Shown: in pieces, positions 1 to 16,409 of the stretch
Layout of the letters: every line of letters starts with the position of its first letter
Numbering within the stretch: position 1 is the first letter of the stretch
From: the human T2T-CHM13v2.0 reference genome, Homo sapiens
DNA length: 64,000 nucleotides
NCBI RefSeq assembly: GCF_009914755.1
Contig: NC_060942.1
Direction: 5' to 3' (one strand)
Notes under the pieces: model-generated
The model's input: the letters and a program-made list of their open reading frames with translations, nothing else
Databases searched by the model: none
What the model was told of the DNA's origin: nothing
Made by a program: the position numbers and the translations under genes

Positions 1-39
1 TGGATGAAAGAACAAGACTCCATAAAAAAAAAAAAAAGT

Positions 40-1965
40 GGTGACACTACTTATTTACAAAACTAAAAAGGATGATGAGATGATACCATGTAAAACTGTA
101 TGCCAACAATTTGAATAATCTGGACAAAATGGACAAATCCCTACAAACACACAATCTACCAAAACTAACTCATAAGGAAATAGAAAATCTAAATAGAACT
201 ATAACTAGTAAAGGGATCAAATCAGTAATCAAAAAGCTCCCAAAGGAAAGGTCAGGACCAGATAGCTTTCACAGGTTGATTCTACCCAAAATTTAAAGAA
301 GAAAGTTTCTCAAACACTTCCAAAAAATTAAAGAGAAGGGAACACTTCTCCCCCTTAGTTCCATGAGTCCAATATTACTCTGATACCAAAGCCAGACAAA
401 AATACTACAAGAAAACTACAGGCCAATATACCTTAGGAATAGTGATGAAAAACTCAACAAAATCAGCAGCCTATTAAAAGGATGACACACCATGACCAAG
501 TGAAACTTACTCCAGGAGCACAAGATGCTTCAACAACAACAAAAAAATCAATGTAACACACCACATTAATAGAATGAAGAAGAAACTCCACATGATCATC
601 TGAATCGATACAGAAAAACCACTTGACAAATTTCAACACATTTCATGATTAAAAAAAAAAAAAACCTCAAGCTAGGAATAGAAGGAAATTTCCTCAACAT
701 AATAAAAGCCATATATTAAAAACCAATAGCTAACAACATACTCAATAGTGAAAGACTGAAAGTTCTCCCCCTAATATCAGGAACAGGATGAAGATACCCA
801 CTTTTTCTACTTCTATTTGACATAATACTAGAAATTCTAGACAGGGCAATTAGGCAAGAAAAAGATGGAAAAGTCATCCAAGTTGGACAGAAAGAAGCAA
901 AATTATGTCTATTCACAGATGATATATATGTAGAAATCCCTAAAGATGACACATACACACCAAAAACAAACTGATAGAGCTAATAAATTCAAAGTCATAG
1001 AATACAAAGTCAGCACACAAAAATCAGGTGGATTTCTATACATTCACAACGAAAAATACAAAAAGGAAATTAAGAAAACAATTCCACTTATGATAGCATC
1101 AAAAAGAAAATATTTAGGAATTAATCAATGAGGGGAAAAACTTATACAATAAAAAACTACCAACATTGCTGAAAGAAATTAAACATAAATAAATGGAAAG
1201 ATATCCCATGTTCCTAGATTGTTAAAGTAACAATATTACCCAAAGCAATATACAGATTCAATGCAACCCCTATCAAAATCCCAATGGTCTTTTTTGCAAA
1301 AAGAAAGAGAAAAACCCATCCTAAAATTCATATGAATCTCAAAGAACCACATAATAGTCAGAAGTATCTTGAGAAAGAATAAAGTTGGAGAACTCACACT
1401 TTCTTATTTGAAAACTTACTACAAAGCTACAGTAATCAAAACAATGTGGTACTAGCATAAGCACAGTCATATAGACCAATGGAATAGACAGCCTAGAAAG
1501 AAACCTCACATATATGACCAAACAATTTTTGAAAAAAGTAGTAAGACCATTCAATGGAGAAAGAACAGTCTTTTCAACAAATGATGCTAGGAAAACTGAT
1601 TATCCAGATGCAAAAGAATGAAGATGGACCCTTCCCTTACATCATATACAAAAATTAAATCAAAATAGATCAAAGACCAAAACTTAACAGTAAAGCTATA
1701 AAACTCCTAGGAGAAAACATAGGAAAGAAATGTTTCCAACATTGGATTTGGCAAAGATTTCTGGTATATGATGCCAAAAGAGCACAGACAACAAAAGAAA
1801 AAACAGATAAATTGGACTTCATCCAAATAAAAACTTGTGTCTATCAAGGACACTATCAAGAAGATGAAACAACAATCCACAGAGTGGGAGAAAATACTTG
1901 CAAATAATATATCTCATAAGGGATTAATAACCAGAATATATTAAAAATTCCTGTAACTAAAAAAA
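40..1965 (+). mobile_element. Old L1 (L1M-type) ORF2 fragment, heavily disrupted
   Basis: Fragmentary ORFs are ORF2-like (NLDKMDKSLQTHNLPKL..EIENLNRTITSK..IKKLPK; the RT region reads TTATGTCTATTCACAGATGATAT). A-rich sense strand with many stops and frameshifts. Confidence 0.85.
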
Positions 1966-2106
1966 TAAAATTTAGAGCCTTACACTTTACAGTTTTTTTT
2001 AAAAAAACTGAAAATAGATGAACCAAGCCATTGCCTGAAGAAATAACAATATAAATAAAATGAAAGCTAAAATTAATGAAACAGAAAAATTTAAATGCTA
2101 GGAAAC

Positions 2107-2406
2107 GGCCAGGCGTGGTGGCTCATGCCTGTAATCCCCGCACTTTGGGAGGCTGAGGTGGGTGGATCACAAGGTCAGGAGTTTGAGAATAGCCTGACCA
2201 ACGTAGTGAAACCCCATCTCTATTAAAAATACAAAAATTAGCTGGGCATGGTGTCCGGCACCTGTAATCCCAGCTACTCAGGATGCTGAGGCAGGAGAAT
2301 TACTTGAACCTGGGAGGCGGAGGTTGCAGTGAGCTGAGATCACGCCACTCCACTCCAGCCTGGGTGATAGAGCAAGACTCTGTCTCAAAAACAACAACAA
2401 AAAAAA
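2107..2406 (+). mobile_element. AluS (Sg-like), full length
   Basis: GGCCAGGCGTGGTGGCTCATGCCTGTAATCCC start, A-rich linker, right arm, and A/CAA tail. Confidence 0.95.
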
Positions 2407-2644
2407 TCAAAGTCTAGGTTTTAAAGACCAATAAAATAGTAAACATGAAAGAGGAAAAAGAGAAATGAGGAAACAGTTACAAACATGGATACTGAAGATA
2501 ATTATATGAGAATATAGAAATATAATACAACTTTTATATAATTGTACAAGTAAAATATATAAATATTATATACAACTCTGCACTGATAAAATTGAAAATA
2601 TATTTTCTGGCAAAGAATAAACCATCAAAAGTGACTTAAAAAAA

Positions 2645-3265
2645 AATTCTTCAAAAAATTAAAAATAGAATAAAGATATGATCCAGCAATTCCACTTCTA
2701 GATATATATTCAGAATAATTAAAAGCAGGGCTTTGAAGTTTTTTGTACTCCCATGTTCACAGTAGCATTATTTATAATAGCCAAAAGGTGGAAACCGAAA
2801 AATCCATTGGCAGATAAATTTAGATAAATAGAATGTTGGTATATACATACAATGGAGTATCATTCAGCCTTAAAGAGGAAGAGAATCTGACATGCTACAA
2901 CATGGATGAATACTATTTCAGCCATAAAGAAATAATGAAATCCTGTCTTTCAAGGCACCGTGAATGGAACTGGAGGACATTATGCTAAGTAAAATAAGCC
3001 CATGTCAAAAAGGCAAATACTGTATGATTCCACTTATGTGAGGTATACAAATTCAGACAGACAGAAAGTAGAAGGATGGTTGCAGGAGTTGCGGGTAGGG
3101 AAGAATGGAGAGCTGTTGAATAGATACAGAATTTGTTTTGCACAATGAAAAGGTTTTGGAGATTGGTTGCACAACAATGTGAAAGATGGTGCTACTAAAC
3201 TGTACACTGAAAAATGGTTAAGATGGTAAATTTTATGTTATGTGTATTCTACCACATAAAAAATT
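2645..3265 (+). mobile_element. Old L1 (L1MB-like) 3' end
   Basis: TATGATCCAGCAATTCCACTTCTAG, GGAACTGGAGGACATTATGCTAAGT..., and the terminal AAAAATGGTTAAGATGGTAAATTTTATGTTATGTG typical of L1M 3' ends. Confidence 0.8.
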
Positions 3266-4549
3266 TTAAAAAGAGACAGAAAAACTACATAGATCCATAA
3301 GGCAGCTCAAATAAAAGGTGATTAATGAGTTATTTTAAATAGACAGAGATAGATAGGCTAGTTCTAGAAATAGCATAAGAAACCAGTAGTAGTACTTGAC
3401 TTAGGAAGAAAAGTATAAACTGAAGGTCAAGAGGGAATAGGAAGCTTACTTTTCCACTGAATTCCCTTCCTGAGGTATAGTGAAAATTTCCATTATGTCA
3501 ATTTTTTTTTCTTTAAAACTAATGATAAGTGGTAAAGTGGAAGATGGCCAAATAGGAACAGCTCCAGTCTACAGCTCCCAGCATGAGCAACGCAGAAGAT
3601 GGGTGATTTCTGCATTTCCAACTGAGGTATTGGGTTCATCTCACTGGGGCTTGTCGGACAGTGGGTGCAGGACAGTGGGTGCAGCGCACCGAGCATGAGC
3701 CGATGCAGGTCAAGGCATCACCTCACCCCGGAAGTGCAAGGGGTCAGGGAATTCCCTTTCATAGCCAAGCAAAGCTGTGACAGAAGGCACCTAGAAAATT
3801 GGGTCACTCCCACCCTAATACTGCGCTTTTCCAATGGTCTTAGCAAATGGCACAATTATATCCCGTGCCTGGCTTGGAGGGTCCCATGCCCATGGAGCCT
3901 TACTCATTGCTAGCACAGCAGTCTGAGATCGAACTGCAAGGTGGCAGTGAGGCTGGGGGAGGGGTGCCCGCATTTGCTGAGGCTTGAGTAGGTAAACAAA
4001 GCAGCCGGGAAGCTCGAGCTGGATGGAGCCCACCGCAGCTCCAGGAGGGCTGCCTGCCTCTGTAGACTCCACCTCTGGGGGCAGGACCTAGCTGAACAAA
4101 AGGCAGAAGAAACCTCTGCAGACTTAAATGTCCCTGTCTGACAGCTTTGAAGAGAGTAGTGGTTCTCCCAGCACAGAGTTTGAGATCTGAGAATGGACAG
4201 ACTGTCTCCTCAAGTGGGTCCCTGAACCCCGAGTAGCCTAACTGGGAGGCACCCCTGAGTAGGGGCAGACTGACACCTCACATGGCCGGGTACCCCTCTG
4301 AGATGAAACTTCCAGAGGAACGATCAGGCAGCAACATTTGCTGTTCAGCAATATTCGCTGTTCTGCAGCCTCTGCTTCTGATACCCAGGCAAACAGGGTC
4401 TGGAGTGGACCTCCAGCAAACTCCAACAGACCTGCAGCTGAGGGTCCTGACTGTTAGAAGGAAAACTGACAAACAGAAAGGACATCCACACCAAAACCCC
4501 GTCTGTACATCACCATGATCAAAGACCAAAGGCAGATAAAACCACAAAG

Positions 4550-5579
4550 ATGGGGAGAAACCAGAGCAGAAAAGCTGAAAATTCTGAAAATCAGAGTGCC
4601 TCTTCTCCTCCAAAGGAACACAGCTCCTCACCAGCAACAGAACAAAGCTGGACAGAGAATGACTTTGATGAGTTGAGAGAAGAAGGCTTCAGACGATCAG
4701 TAATAACAAACTTCTCCGAGCTAAAGGAGGATGTTCGAACCCATCGCAAAGAAGCTAAAAACCTCGATAAAAGATTAGACGAATTTCTAACTGAATAACC
4801 AGTGTAGAGAAGTCCTTAACTGACCTGATGGAGCTGAAAACCATGGCACAAGAACTATGTGACACATGCACAAGCTTCGGTAGCTGATTTGATCAAGTGG
4901 AAGAAAGGGTATCAGTGATTGAAGACCAAATGAATGAAATGAAGTGAGAAGAGAAGCTTAGAGAAAAAAGAGTAAAAAGAAATGAACAAAGCCTCCAAGA
5001 AATGTGGGACTATGTGAAAAGACCAAAACTATGTCTGATTGGTGTACCTGAAAGTGACGGGGAGAATGGAACCAAGTTGGAAAACACTCTGCAGGATATT
5101 ATCCAGGAGAACTTCCCCAACTTAGCGAGGCAAGTTAACATTCAAATTGAGGAAATACAGAGAATGCCACAAAGATACTCCTCAAGAAGAGCAACTCCAA
5201 GACATGTAATTGTCAGATTCACCAAAGCTGAAATGAAGGAAAAAAATGTTAAGGGCAGCTAGAGAGAAAGGTCGGGTTACTCACAAAGGGAAGCCCATCA
5301 GACTAACAGCAGATCTCTCAGCAGAAACTCTACAAGCCAGAAGAGACTGGGGGCCAATATTCAACATTCTTAAAGAAAAGAATTTGCAACCCAGAATTTC
5401 ATATCCAGCCAAACTAAGCTTCATAAGTGAAGGAGAAATAAAATACTTTACAGACAAGCAAATGCTGAGAGATTTTTATCACCACCACACCTGCCCTACA
5501 AGAGTTCCTGAAGGAAGCACTAAATATGGAAAGGAACAACCACCGGTAGCAGCCACTGCAAAAACATCCCAAATTGTAA
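4550..5579 (+). pseudogene. L1 ORF1p remnant (frameshifts and stops)
   Basis: Split ORFs 4550-4798, 5002-5262 and 5246-5635 carry ORF1 motifs (MWDYVKRP, QDIIQENFPNLAR, REKGRVTHKGKPIRLTADLS, YPAKLSF). Confidence 0.92.
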
Positions 5580-5642
5580 AGACTATCGAGGCTAGGAAGA
5601 AACTGCATCAACTAACGAGCAAAATAAGCAGCTAACATCATA

Positions 5643-8952
<3,310 letters not shown>

Positions 8953-8961
8953 TAAATATGA

Positions 8962-9425
8962 ATTATTAGCTTTAAGGTATAATTAACATATAATGAGCAT
9001 CAGCAATTTGAAGTGTACAACTTAACGAACTTTCAGAATAGTCATGTAACCACAACCATGATCATGACATAGAACATTTCAAACATCACCACAATCAGTC
9101 CCCTACATTTCCTTTGCAATAAATTTCCTCCCTTAACTCCTACTCCTGGCATCCACTGATCTGCTTTCTGTCCTGAATTTTGTCTTCTCTAGAAATTTTA
9201 AAAGAAATCACATAGTATGTCATCTCTCTTTCACTTAGCATAATATTTTTGAGATTCACGAATATTGCCGAGTCAGTAGTTAGTTCCTTTTTATTGCTGA
9301 ATAGTATTCCATTCTTTCAAAGTATCACTGTTGGTTTATTCATTCACAAGTTAATGGACATTTGGGGCTGTTTACAAATTTAGGTTATTATAAATAATAT
9401 GTACACTCGAGTATGCATCCTTGAG
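8962..9425 (-). mobile_element. Ancient L1 (L1ME-like) 3' fragment
   Basis: Reverse-strand L1M 3' hallmarks (AAGTGTACAA..., ATAGAACATTTC, CCACTGATCTGCTTTCTGTC, TTTCACTTAGCATAATATTTTTGAGATTCA). Confidence 0.7.
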
Positions 9426-9669
9426 TGAAGGTATATGCCTTTGTGTGATTTTTTATTTTCATATTATAGGTACACAACATAATTTTCATTTTCTTCACAA
9501 TTGTAACTTGCCTTCAAGATCTGTATATATTGATTAATATTCACAGATATAAATGTTAAAATCTATACACACGTATTCTTGTTCCTAATCTTATGTTATC
9601 ATTCTATGCTTGAAAATTTATAACATATTTTTAATGCTAGTATCTACTGTTTGATTCCTTTCTGAATGA

Positions 9670-9850
9670 CTTTTTTTCAGGTTTATTGAGGTATGATTGA
9701 AAAATAAAAATTGTATATATTTAAGGTGTACAAAACATGATGTTCTGATAAACTTATACATTCTAAAATGAGTACCACAATCAAGGTAATTAACATATCC
9801 ATTACGTCATACAGTTTACCTCTGAAAGAGAAGGTAAGAATACTTGAGAT
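9670..9850 (-). mobile_element. L1MA-type 3' terminus fragment
   Basis: TTTATTGAGGTATGATTG...AAATTGTATATATTTAAGGTGTACA...ATCAAGGTAATTAACATATCCAT. Confidence 0.75.
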
Positions 9851-10469
9851 AAGATACTTTCTTACCTTATTAGTGGGGCAAAAAGTTGTAAAGATTGCAA
9901 AACAGCTAATCCTGATAAAAATGCAGGAAAATAGGCATTTCAGTGGGGATGAAGCTGTGACCTGCTGCAACTACTGGGGAACATAAATCTAGTAATAACT
10001 ATTACAAATTTTAAATGCAAATGTTCGTGACACAGAAACCCCAGATTTGGGATTCTAGTCTATAGAATTAAGAGCATCAGTTAAGAAGAATGTATGAACA
10101 AGATATTTATTAAGACTTAGCTATGGTGTCAAAAAACTGAAAACATCTGAATATCCACCCATTCAGTGAAATGGTCGAGTAAATGAGGCTCATTAGTGTA
10201 ACAGAATGTTACCTAATATTGAAAGGTATGTGTTAGATCTCTATCAACTATTTTAAGGAACAGCTAAAATATTTTCTTAAATAAAGCAAGATGCAAAGTA
10301 ATGAGCATAAAATAATTTCATTTTAAAATACAACCACCACCATCCTATGTATGTATGTGTATTTTGCATTTGAATGTACGAGTAAGTAAATGTGAGTGGA
10401 AGGATACACATCAGCCAATAGCACTAATTAGCTCAGAGGGAATGTGAGTAGAAAAGGGTGAGAATACTA

Positions 10470-10662
10470 TTTTATTTTATTATTTTATTTTTTGTTTTTT
10501 GAGATGGACTCTCGCTCTGTCGCCCAGGCTGGAGTGCAGTGGCATGATCTCAGCTCACTGCAACCTCTACCTCCCAGGTTCAAGCAATTCTCCCTGCCTC
10601 AGCCTCCTGAGTAGCTGGGATCACAGGCGCCTGCCACTACATCCAGTTAATTTTTTTTTTGT
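10470..10662 (-). mobile_element. AluS right arm only
   Basis: Poly(T) then GAGATGGACTCTCGCTCTGTCGCCCAGGCTGGAGTGCAGTGG, ending at the linker T-run. Confidence 0.9.
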
Positions 10663-10689
10663 AATACACTTTTAAAAATACATTTTTTT

Positions 10690-10988
<299 letters not shown>

Positions 10989-11077
10989 TAAATCCAGAAA
11001 GATTTAAAAATCTAAACTTTAAAATCTAGAAAATATCAGAGAAAAATTAAAAAGTACACTTCAAAAATCTTGGCATA

Positions 11078-11293
11078 TGCCAGACAAAAAGGTCACATGC
11101 TGAATGATTCCATTTATATCAAATGTCTAGTTTAGAATAAGTAAATCCATAGAGACAAAAAACTAGAATAGTGGTTGCCAAGGGCCATGACGGGAGAGGG
11201 ACAGGGAGTGATTACTGATGGGTTTCTTTTTGGGAAGATGAAAATGTTCTGCACTGAAACAGTGGTGATTGATGACTGTACAACTTTGTTAAT
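11078..11293 (+). mobile_element. L1MB-like 3' fragment, cut at the start of the CAGGG repeat
   Basis: GCCAGACAAAAAGGTCACAT...ATGATTCCATTTATAT...AAATCCATAGAGACA...GTGGTTGCCAAGGG...GATGAAAATGTTCTG. Confidence 0.75.
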
Positions 11294-12923
11294 CCAGGGC
11301 CTGTGCCAGGGAAGGGCCAATGCAAGGGCAGGGCAGGGACAGGGTGGCACAGGGCCAAGACCGGGCCAGGGTGGGGCCAGGGCAGGGCAGGGCCAGGACA
11401 GGCCAGGTAATGGTAGGGCAGGTCCAGGGCAGGGGCAGGGCAGGGCCAGGTCGAATGCTAAGGCCATGCCCAGAGCAGGGTCAAGGCAGACGCAGGGCCA
11501 CATCATGGCAGGGCCAGGTTAGCACAGGGCCGAGGAAAGGCCAGGGCAGGTAGGAGCCAGGGCAGGGCCAGGGCCAAGGCAGTGCCAGGGCCAGGACAGG
11601 GCCAGAAGCAGGGCAGGGCCACAGCTAGGTCAGGACCAGGGCCAAGTCAGGATCAGGGCTATCGTAGGACCAGTGGCAGGGTAAGGGCCACGACAGGACC
11701 AGGGGCAGGGCCATGGGCATGGCCAAGGCAGGGCTCCAGCCTGGGCAGTGTTGGGCTGGGCAGGGCCAGGGTAGTATAGTGCCCAGTCAGGGCTGGGCCA
11801 GGGCAGGACCAGAACCAGGGCAGGGCCAGAGCCAGGGTAGAACCAGGCAGGGTCACAGCCAGGGACATGACAGGACCAAGGCCAGGGCCAGAAGCAGGGC
11901 AGAACCAGGGCCAGGGCAGGGACATGGCAGGGCCAGGGCTTAAGACAGGGCCAGGTCAGGGCCAGGGCTATGGCAGGACCAGGGCCAGTGGAGGGCCAGG
12001 GCAGGGTGAGGGTAGCACAGGGCCAAGGCAGGGCAGGGTCAGTGTAGAGCAAGGACCAGGCCAGGGTATGGCAGGGCACAGCCAGGGAAGTCTAGGGCCA
12101 GAGCCAGGTCCGGGGCATGGACAGGGCAGGGCCAGAAACATGGCAGGACCAGAAAGGGGCCAGGGCAAGGGCAGGCCAGGGAAGGACCAGGGAAAAAGCA
12201 TGGCCAGGGAGGGGCCAGGGCAAGGGGAGGGCCAGGGCAGAACCAGGGCCAGGGCAGGCCAAATGCAGGGCCAGGGTAGGGTGAGGGTAGGGCCAGGGCG
12301 AGGTCAGGGCCAGGGCAGGACTAAGATAGCACAGGGCCAAGGCCAAAGCCAGGGCAGGGGCAGGAGCAGGCCTGCATGAGGGCAGGACCAGGGCCAGGGA
12401 TATGGCAGGACCAGGGGCAGGGCCAGGGCCAGGGCTGTGCCAGGACAGAACAAGAGCAGAGCAGGGCAGTACCAGAGCCAGGCCATAGAGAGGGTAGGGC
12501 AAATGCCAAGGCAAGGCCAGGGTAGTGCCAGGGCTGAGGCAAGGTCAGGGAAGGTCCAGGGCTGAGTCAGGGCTAGACCCAAGACAGGGGCAAAGGCCGG
12601 GGCAGATCTAGGGCACAAGCAGGGCAGGCTAGGGCAGGGCAATAGCAAGACCAGGCCATGGCAGGGCCAGCCCAGGATAGAACAGGGCACAGGCAGGGCA
12701 GGGCCAGGGACGCGGCTGGGACAGGACAAGGACCAGGGCAAGGGTATGGCCAGGGCAGAGGTAGGGCCAGAGCCAGGGTCTGGGCAGGGACAAGGCAGGT
12801 CCATTGCAGGGCCAGAGTTCAGACCAGGGCCAGAGCAGGGCCGGGGCAGGGCCAGGGCCAGGACCAGGAAAGGGCAATGTCAGGACCAGGGCCATGGCAG
12901 GACCAGCAACAGGACTAGGGCGA

Positions 12924-12955
<32 letters not shown>

Positions 12956-15292
12956 TCAGGGCTAGGGCCAGAATAGCATGCCAGGGTAGGGCCAGGGCAA
13001 ATCAGGGCCAGGACAGGGTCAGGCCCAGGGCTAGGCCAGGTATGGCCTTAAGCAGCGAAGGCCAGGGCCAAGGTCCCTGCCAGGGCCAGGGCAGAGCCAA
13101 GACAGTGGCAGCTCCAGGGCAGGGCCAGGGTTAGGACCATGGACATGTCCAAGGCCAGTGCCAGGGAAAGGGCAAGGGTAGGGGGCAGGGTCAGGGTCAT
13201 CTAAAAACCAGGGACAAAGCCAGGCCCAGAGCAGGGCCAGGACAGGTACCTGGCAGGGCCAGGGTCAGGGACAGGGCCATGGCAGGGCCAGGGCCACAGC
13301 CAGGTCTGTGCTATAGCCAGGTACAAGACAGGGCTCAGGCAAGGCTAGGGTGAAGGCCAAGGTAGGGCCAGGGCAGGGTCAAAGCCAGGCTAGGGCCAAG
13401 GCAGGGCCAGGGCAGGCAGGACAGGTCCAGGAAAGCATAGGGCCAAGGCAGGGCAGGGCCAGGCCAGTGCCAAGACCAAGGCAGGGACAGGGCCATGGCC
13501 ATGGCCTGGGCAGCACCAGGTTCGGGGCAGGAGCAAAAGAAGGGCAAGGACAGTTCAGGTTCTTGGCACAGCCGGGGTCCAGGACAGGGTCAGGGTAGGG
13601 CCAAGGCAGGGTCTGGGCCATGGTAAGACCAGCGACAGGGCTGGGGCTAAGATAGTGACAGGGCCAGAGTCAGGGCAAGGACCAGAGCAGTGCAAGGCCA
13701 GGGCAGGGCCAGTATTTCAGGGTCAGGACAGGGTCAGGGCCAGGGCAGAACCAGGGTAAATTCTCAAGCCAGGAAGGGCCAGGGCCAGGAGAGGTCCAGG
13801 GTCTGTGTTAGGGCACGAGCAGGGCCAGACCAGGGTAAGGGTCAGGGCCAGGGCCAGGGTAGGGACAGGGCAAGAAACATGGCAGGACCAGGGGCAACAC
13901 CAAGGCCAGAGCTGAGCCAGGGCTGAGTCAGGGCTGAGTCAGGGCAAGGCATGGTATGGCCAGTGCAGGACAGGACCAGAGCTGGTCCATAGAGAGAGCA
14001 GGGCCGATGCCAAGGCAGAGCCAGGCTGGTGCCAAAGCTGAGGCAGTGTCAGGGCATGTCCAGGGCGGGGCCAGGGCCAGAACCGAGCCAGGGCACGGCC
14101 AAGGCAGGGTAAGGCAGGGCAATGGCATGGCCGGGTCAGTGCCAGGACAAGGCAGAACAGGACAAGGCAATGGTAGGGGCAGAGCAGGGACAGGCCAAAA
14201 GAGGGTCAAGTCACTTCAGGGCCGGGGCAGGGCCAGGGCCAGGGATATGGCAGGACAAAGACCAGGGCCAGGGTCAGGGCCAGGTCTGGGCTAGGGCCAG
14301 GTCCAGAGCAGGCCCTAGCCAAGACTAGGGTGAGAGCCAAGGTAGGGCCAGGGCAGGGTCAAAGCCAGAGTAGGGTGAGGGCAGGGCCAGGGCAGGGTGA
14401 TGACACAGCCAGAGCACGGCAGGGCAAGGTGGTGGCAAGACCAGGGCAGACTACTGCCAGCTCAGGGCCAGGGAAAGGCCAGGGCCAGGACAGAACCAAG
14501 AAAGGGTCTGGGTCAGGGCCAGGAGCAAGGCAGAGCAGGGCCAGGGCCATGGCAGAGTCAGCAGGTCCTTGGCAGGATCAGGTTCCAGGCCAGGTCCAGG
14601 GCACAGGCAGGGGCAGGGCCTGGATAAGGGCAGAGCCAGGGATATGGCAGGACCAGGGTCAGGGCCAGGGCCAGGGCCCAGGCTGGGCCAGGACAGGGCC
14701 AGAGCCAGGCCATAGTGAGGGCAGGGCAAAAGCCACGGCAAGGTCAGGGCAGGTCCAGGGAGCGGCCAGCGTCAGGCAGGTCCAGGGCACAACCAGGGCA
14801 GGGTAAGGCAGGGCAATGGCACCACTGGGCCATGACAGGGCAAGGTCAGTGCCAGGAGAGGGCAGAACAGGCAGGGCCATGGTGGGGCCAGGGCAGGGAC
14901 AGGCCAAGGCAGGGCCGGGACAAATCAGGGCCAGGACATGTCCAAGGCCAGGTCAGGGCCAGAACAGGACCAGGACCATGACCATTGGCAGGGCCAGTGC
15001 TATGGCAGTGCCAGGGTCAGGACAGGGGGCAGGGCCAGAGCCAAAGCTGGGTCAGCACAGATTCAGGGAAGGTCCAGGGCAGAGGTGGGGCCAGGGCCTG
15101 AGCCAGGGAAGGGCCAGTGCAAGGGCAGGACCAGAGCAGGGACAGGGCAGCACAGGGCCAAGACAGGGCCAGGGTGGGACCAGAGCAGGGCAGGGCTGAG
15201 ACAGTCCAGGTAATGGTAGGGCAGGTCCAGGGCAAGGCAGGGCAGGGCAGTACAGGGCCAGGTCCACAGCACGGGCAGGGCATAGCCAGGCC
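11294..15292 (+). repeat. ~4-kb degenerate CAGGG/CAGGGC(C) G-rich tandem repeat (pericentromeric CAGGG-type)
   Basis: Continuous CAGGG, CAGGGC and CAGGAC units. Strong G/A skew on the + strand, and few CpGs despite high GC. Confidence 0.95.
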
Positions 15293-15404
15293 CATTGTGA
15301 ATGCATCGGCCCTCCCTACAAGGCTCCTACCACCTGGCCACTGCCGCAGCCTGGCCACTGCTGTAGGCCTGCCCCCACCCTGGCCGCAGCCGCCTGCCCT
15401 CCTA

Positions 15405-15520
15405 CTGCTCCAGCATGCTGCAGTCTGCATTGCCACCACCAGCCCACAGAGAAGCAAGCTGTGGTGTTGCAGGCTCCAGGTGTCTCCTCCTCCTCCTGGC
15501 ACGGAGCAGCTGGGAGGGCA
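15405..15520 (-). repeat. ACRO1/BAGE-like repeat unit, diverged
   Basis: GCTGCAGTCT..CCACCACC..GCAGGCTCCAG..CCTCCTCC..GGCACGGAGCAGCT is similar to 16420-16515 and to the reverse complement of 18380-18515. Family name from memory. Confidence 0.5.
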
Positions 15521-16099
15521 AAGCCAGAAAATCCTAGAGGAAGATGCAAGGGGTGGTAGTGTCAGAGCCTCACTTTGTCACGCCAGCCACTGGGTGGCAG
15601 GGGCCAGTTTCAGTGAAGGCACTCACACCCACCCTTCAAAGTCCTTTTGGCCCAAGCTGGCCAGAAACTGGGGCCTGGGGTGGGTGCTGGAGACACCATA
15701 GTGCCTGGCTCCCAACTCCACAGGAACTGCTGGGCCCACTTGGGCTGCACTCCTCGGGGAGCAGGAGCAGCAGAAACTCAGACCCAGCCAACCCTCTGCA
15801 CCCAGGTGCCACTTCCTGTTCCGGATGCCTCCACGTACAGGCCCCTGTCCCCAGTGGTGTCTGCTACTCCATACTGGGGGGTGCCAGGCAGTCTCTGTGG
15901 CACAGACCCAGAGTGCATGGGCCCAGGAACTACGGTGGGTGTAGGGGCTCTGCCATGCTCAGGATTTCCACAGAAACACTGTGTCTGCCGTGCTCCAGTA
16001 TGAGCAAGAGTAGGTTGCCCTCTGGAGTGTGGGGTCCAGGGAGAGGAGAACCGCTCCTTCCTTGGATGCCAGCACTGTCGCTGCCAACTCTGCTGACCG

Positions 16100-16405
16100 T
16101 CGCCAGCAGTGCAGCCCCCAACAGTACCCAACTTGCCCCCCTCCATGGCTAGTCCTGCCCTCAATAGCGCCCCCCACCTCCACCCCCCAAAACGCCACCA
16201 GCAGTGTATACCCGATAGTGCCCTAACCTGTCCTCCTCTATGGGCATTGCAGTCCCAGAGAGCACCCATAACACGCCCCCCACCATGGGCAGTGCAGCCC
16301 CATATAATGCTACCAACCAGTACCCCCAGTGCAGGCAGTGACACCCTAGATAGCGCCCCCAACCCACCCCACACTGTGAAAAGTGCAGCCCTGATGGCCC
16401 CTATC
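16100..16405 (+). repeat. ~46-bp GC-rich minisatellite, C-rich orientation
   Basis: Recurrent GCAGTGCAGCCCC..ATAGCGCCCCCAACC units. Confidence 0.8.
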
Positions 16406-16409
16406 CTAT

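Noticed and set aside
3760-3975. Antisense ORF0 of the L1
   Set aside because: The ATG is shifted out of the ORF0 frame, and that frame has an early TAA (...CCASNE*).
11132-15306. Dozens of overlapping Gly/Gln/Pro/Arg-rich ORFs (GQGQGR, PGPGP, LALPWP)
   Set aside because: Translation artefacts of the CAGGGC repeat, which is stop-poor in all frames; no splice or domain support.
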